A stretch of 37,155 bases of DNA from an uncultured bacterium (GTDB taxonomy: Bacteria; B130-G9). Below, one piece after another: positions 36,125-37,155 of this stretch (position 1 is its first letter; each line of letters starts with the position of its first letter). The DNA is taken from positions 1 to 37,155 of the forward strand of contig CBDVDH010000039.1 in the NCBI GenBank assembly GCA_965372715.1. Direction: 5' to 3'. The translations under genes and the position numbers were made by a program. The notes under the pieces were generated by a model. That model was not told the origin of the DNA. It made no database searches and saw only the letters and a program-made list of their open reading frames with translations.

Positions 36125-36877
36125 CTAGTTGCTCCTTTTGTGACCGACAGGCATCGATAGAAGCGGCTCAAAACTCTTTGGAAGGCCCAGCGCAGCCGAC
36201 ATCTCATCATCGTCAAATGCGCCGATTATCCCGGCAGAAAGCCCAAGCGCCTCACACTGCAAGAAGATGTTCTGCGAGACGTTGCCCGCCTCGTAATGGA
36301 CATACTTAACGCCTCTCTCGCCGTATTTGCCCGTTGTCCTGGAGTACTCACAGACAATCACGAATGTGACAGGCGCCTCGGCCGCCCACATCTGATGCAG
36401 CGAATGCTTGGCCAGCGCCGCCCGCTGGTCATCCGCCCTGACGCGCGAAATCGAGTGCTCTGAGGCGCTTAAGCGCCAGACGCCGGCCTTGAGCCCTTTG
36501 ACAGACTTGTCACCACAGGCGAGGTATATCTCAATTGGATAAGTCGCTCCAGCCGAAGGAGCGGCTCGTTTGAAGCGGCGCGCGTCATCGGTGATGCCCT
36601 GCGCAGCCCACAGAAGCTGCGAAAGCTGAGCGAGCGTCAGAGGCGTATCAGAAAAGCCCCTGACTGTCCTTCTGCGCTTGATCGCCTCCTCAACGCTGAC
36701 GGTTCCTTTCAGATTCGGGGCCGGCAGCTTCACGTTCAGGCCCGAAAGCGCCATCTGCACTCCGGCGCCTTTCGCGCTAGCTTCCTTGGCCACAGCGCCT
36801 TCCGCCGATAATGGCCCATCCAATATGATCACCAAAAGAAAGACCACAATGAAAACATGACTTGTGCTTGTCCGCAT
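36125..36877 (-). CDS. SagB/ThcOx-type nitroreductase-family protein with N-terminal signal/membrane segment
   Basis: IKRRRTVR, LSQLLWAAQG, RAAPSAGATYP, KYGERG...EAGNVSQN, IGAFDD; SD gaggaggg. Confidence 0.9.
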   Translation of the reverse strand: MRTSTSHVFIVVFLLVIILDGPLSAEGAVAKEASAKGAGVQMALSGLNVKLPAPNLKGTVSVEEAIKRRRTVRGFSDTPLTLAQLSQLLWAAQGITDDARRFKRAAPSAGATYPIEIYLACGDKSVKGLKAGVWRLSASEHSISRVRADDQRAALAKHSLHQMWAAEAPVTFVIVCEYSRTTGKYGERGVKYVHYEAGNVSQNIFLQCEALGLSAGIIGAFDDDEMSAALGLPKSFEPLLSMPVGHKRSN

Positions 36878-37087
36878 CTTGCTTCCCTCCTCATTGTTTT
36901 ACGTGAACGATTGCAGCTTTCTACACCGTTAATCTACACCTTTGCACGCAGACCGTCAAAACGAACCTGCTACGCGCCTGAACGTCCGGGCCTCAACCGG
37001 GCGCCTGCGGCGGACATGGCATCGCGCCGTCTCCGCTCCGCTAGCGCTTCATACTAACTGAGTAGATGCTTAATATCGGAATGCAAC

Positions 37088-37155
37088 GAGTGTTCCCAAA
37101 AATCAGATTGACGGCAAAGGACATGGAGGGATGAACACGTTTTTTCGCTGCCCAG
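37088..37155 (+). mobile_element. Probable left end of an IS, with a gene start at 37131 truncated by the window edge
   Basis: gagtgttcccaaaaatcagattgacgg shares an exact 17-mer with the MITE end; ggaggg then ATG gives MNTFFRCP... Confidence 0.4.

Noticed and set aside
36125-36877. SagB-type dehydrogenase plus radical SAM/SPASM as a RiPP cluster
   Set aside because: No YcaO, precursor peptide or transporter; the genes are far apart; stand-alone SagB-like nitroreductases are common.

Overview
Bacterial chromosomal window of moderately high GC with about 21 complete genes and no rRNA, tRNA or CRISPR seen. From left to right: nicotinamidase/isochorismatase and CBS genes; three exported envelope proteins (an acidic 645-aa surface-protein candidate, a transglutaminase-like protein, a LysM amidase); a run of degenerate DnaB-like protein, RfbE-like epimerase, small Zn-finger, GAF-GGDEF cyclase, ThiI-like protein and PflX-like radical SAM; a repeat-flanked Zn-ribbon/class III cyclase/STAND-ATPase/TPR gene; radical SAM/SPASM divergent from GT9 and GT-C glycosyltransferases; a MITE-like element; a DNA MTase-nuclease fusion, hutI and a low-GC ATPase; two large secreted PQQ-type beta-propeller proteins with acidic repeats; a divergent aspartokinase, a SagB-type nitroreductase and a probable IS end at the right edge. 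Main leads: (1) a tandem C-terminal domain with a basic linker shared by two otherwise unrelated secreted proteins (possible lineage-specific sorting/anchoring signal); (2) a DnaB pseudo-helicase; (3) a mosaic NLR-like cyclase cassette with an altered specificity residue; (4) a MITE whose end matches a putative IS end 13 kb away. All calls come from reading motifs by eye; no database searches were run.
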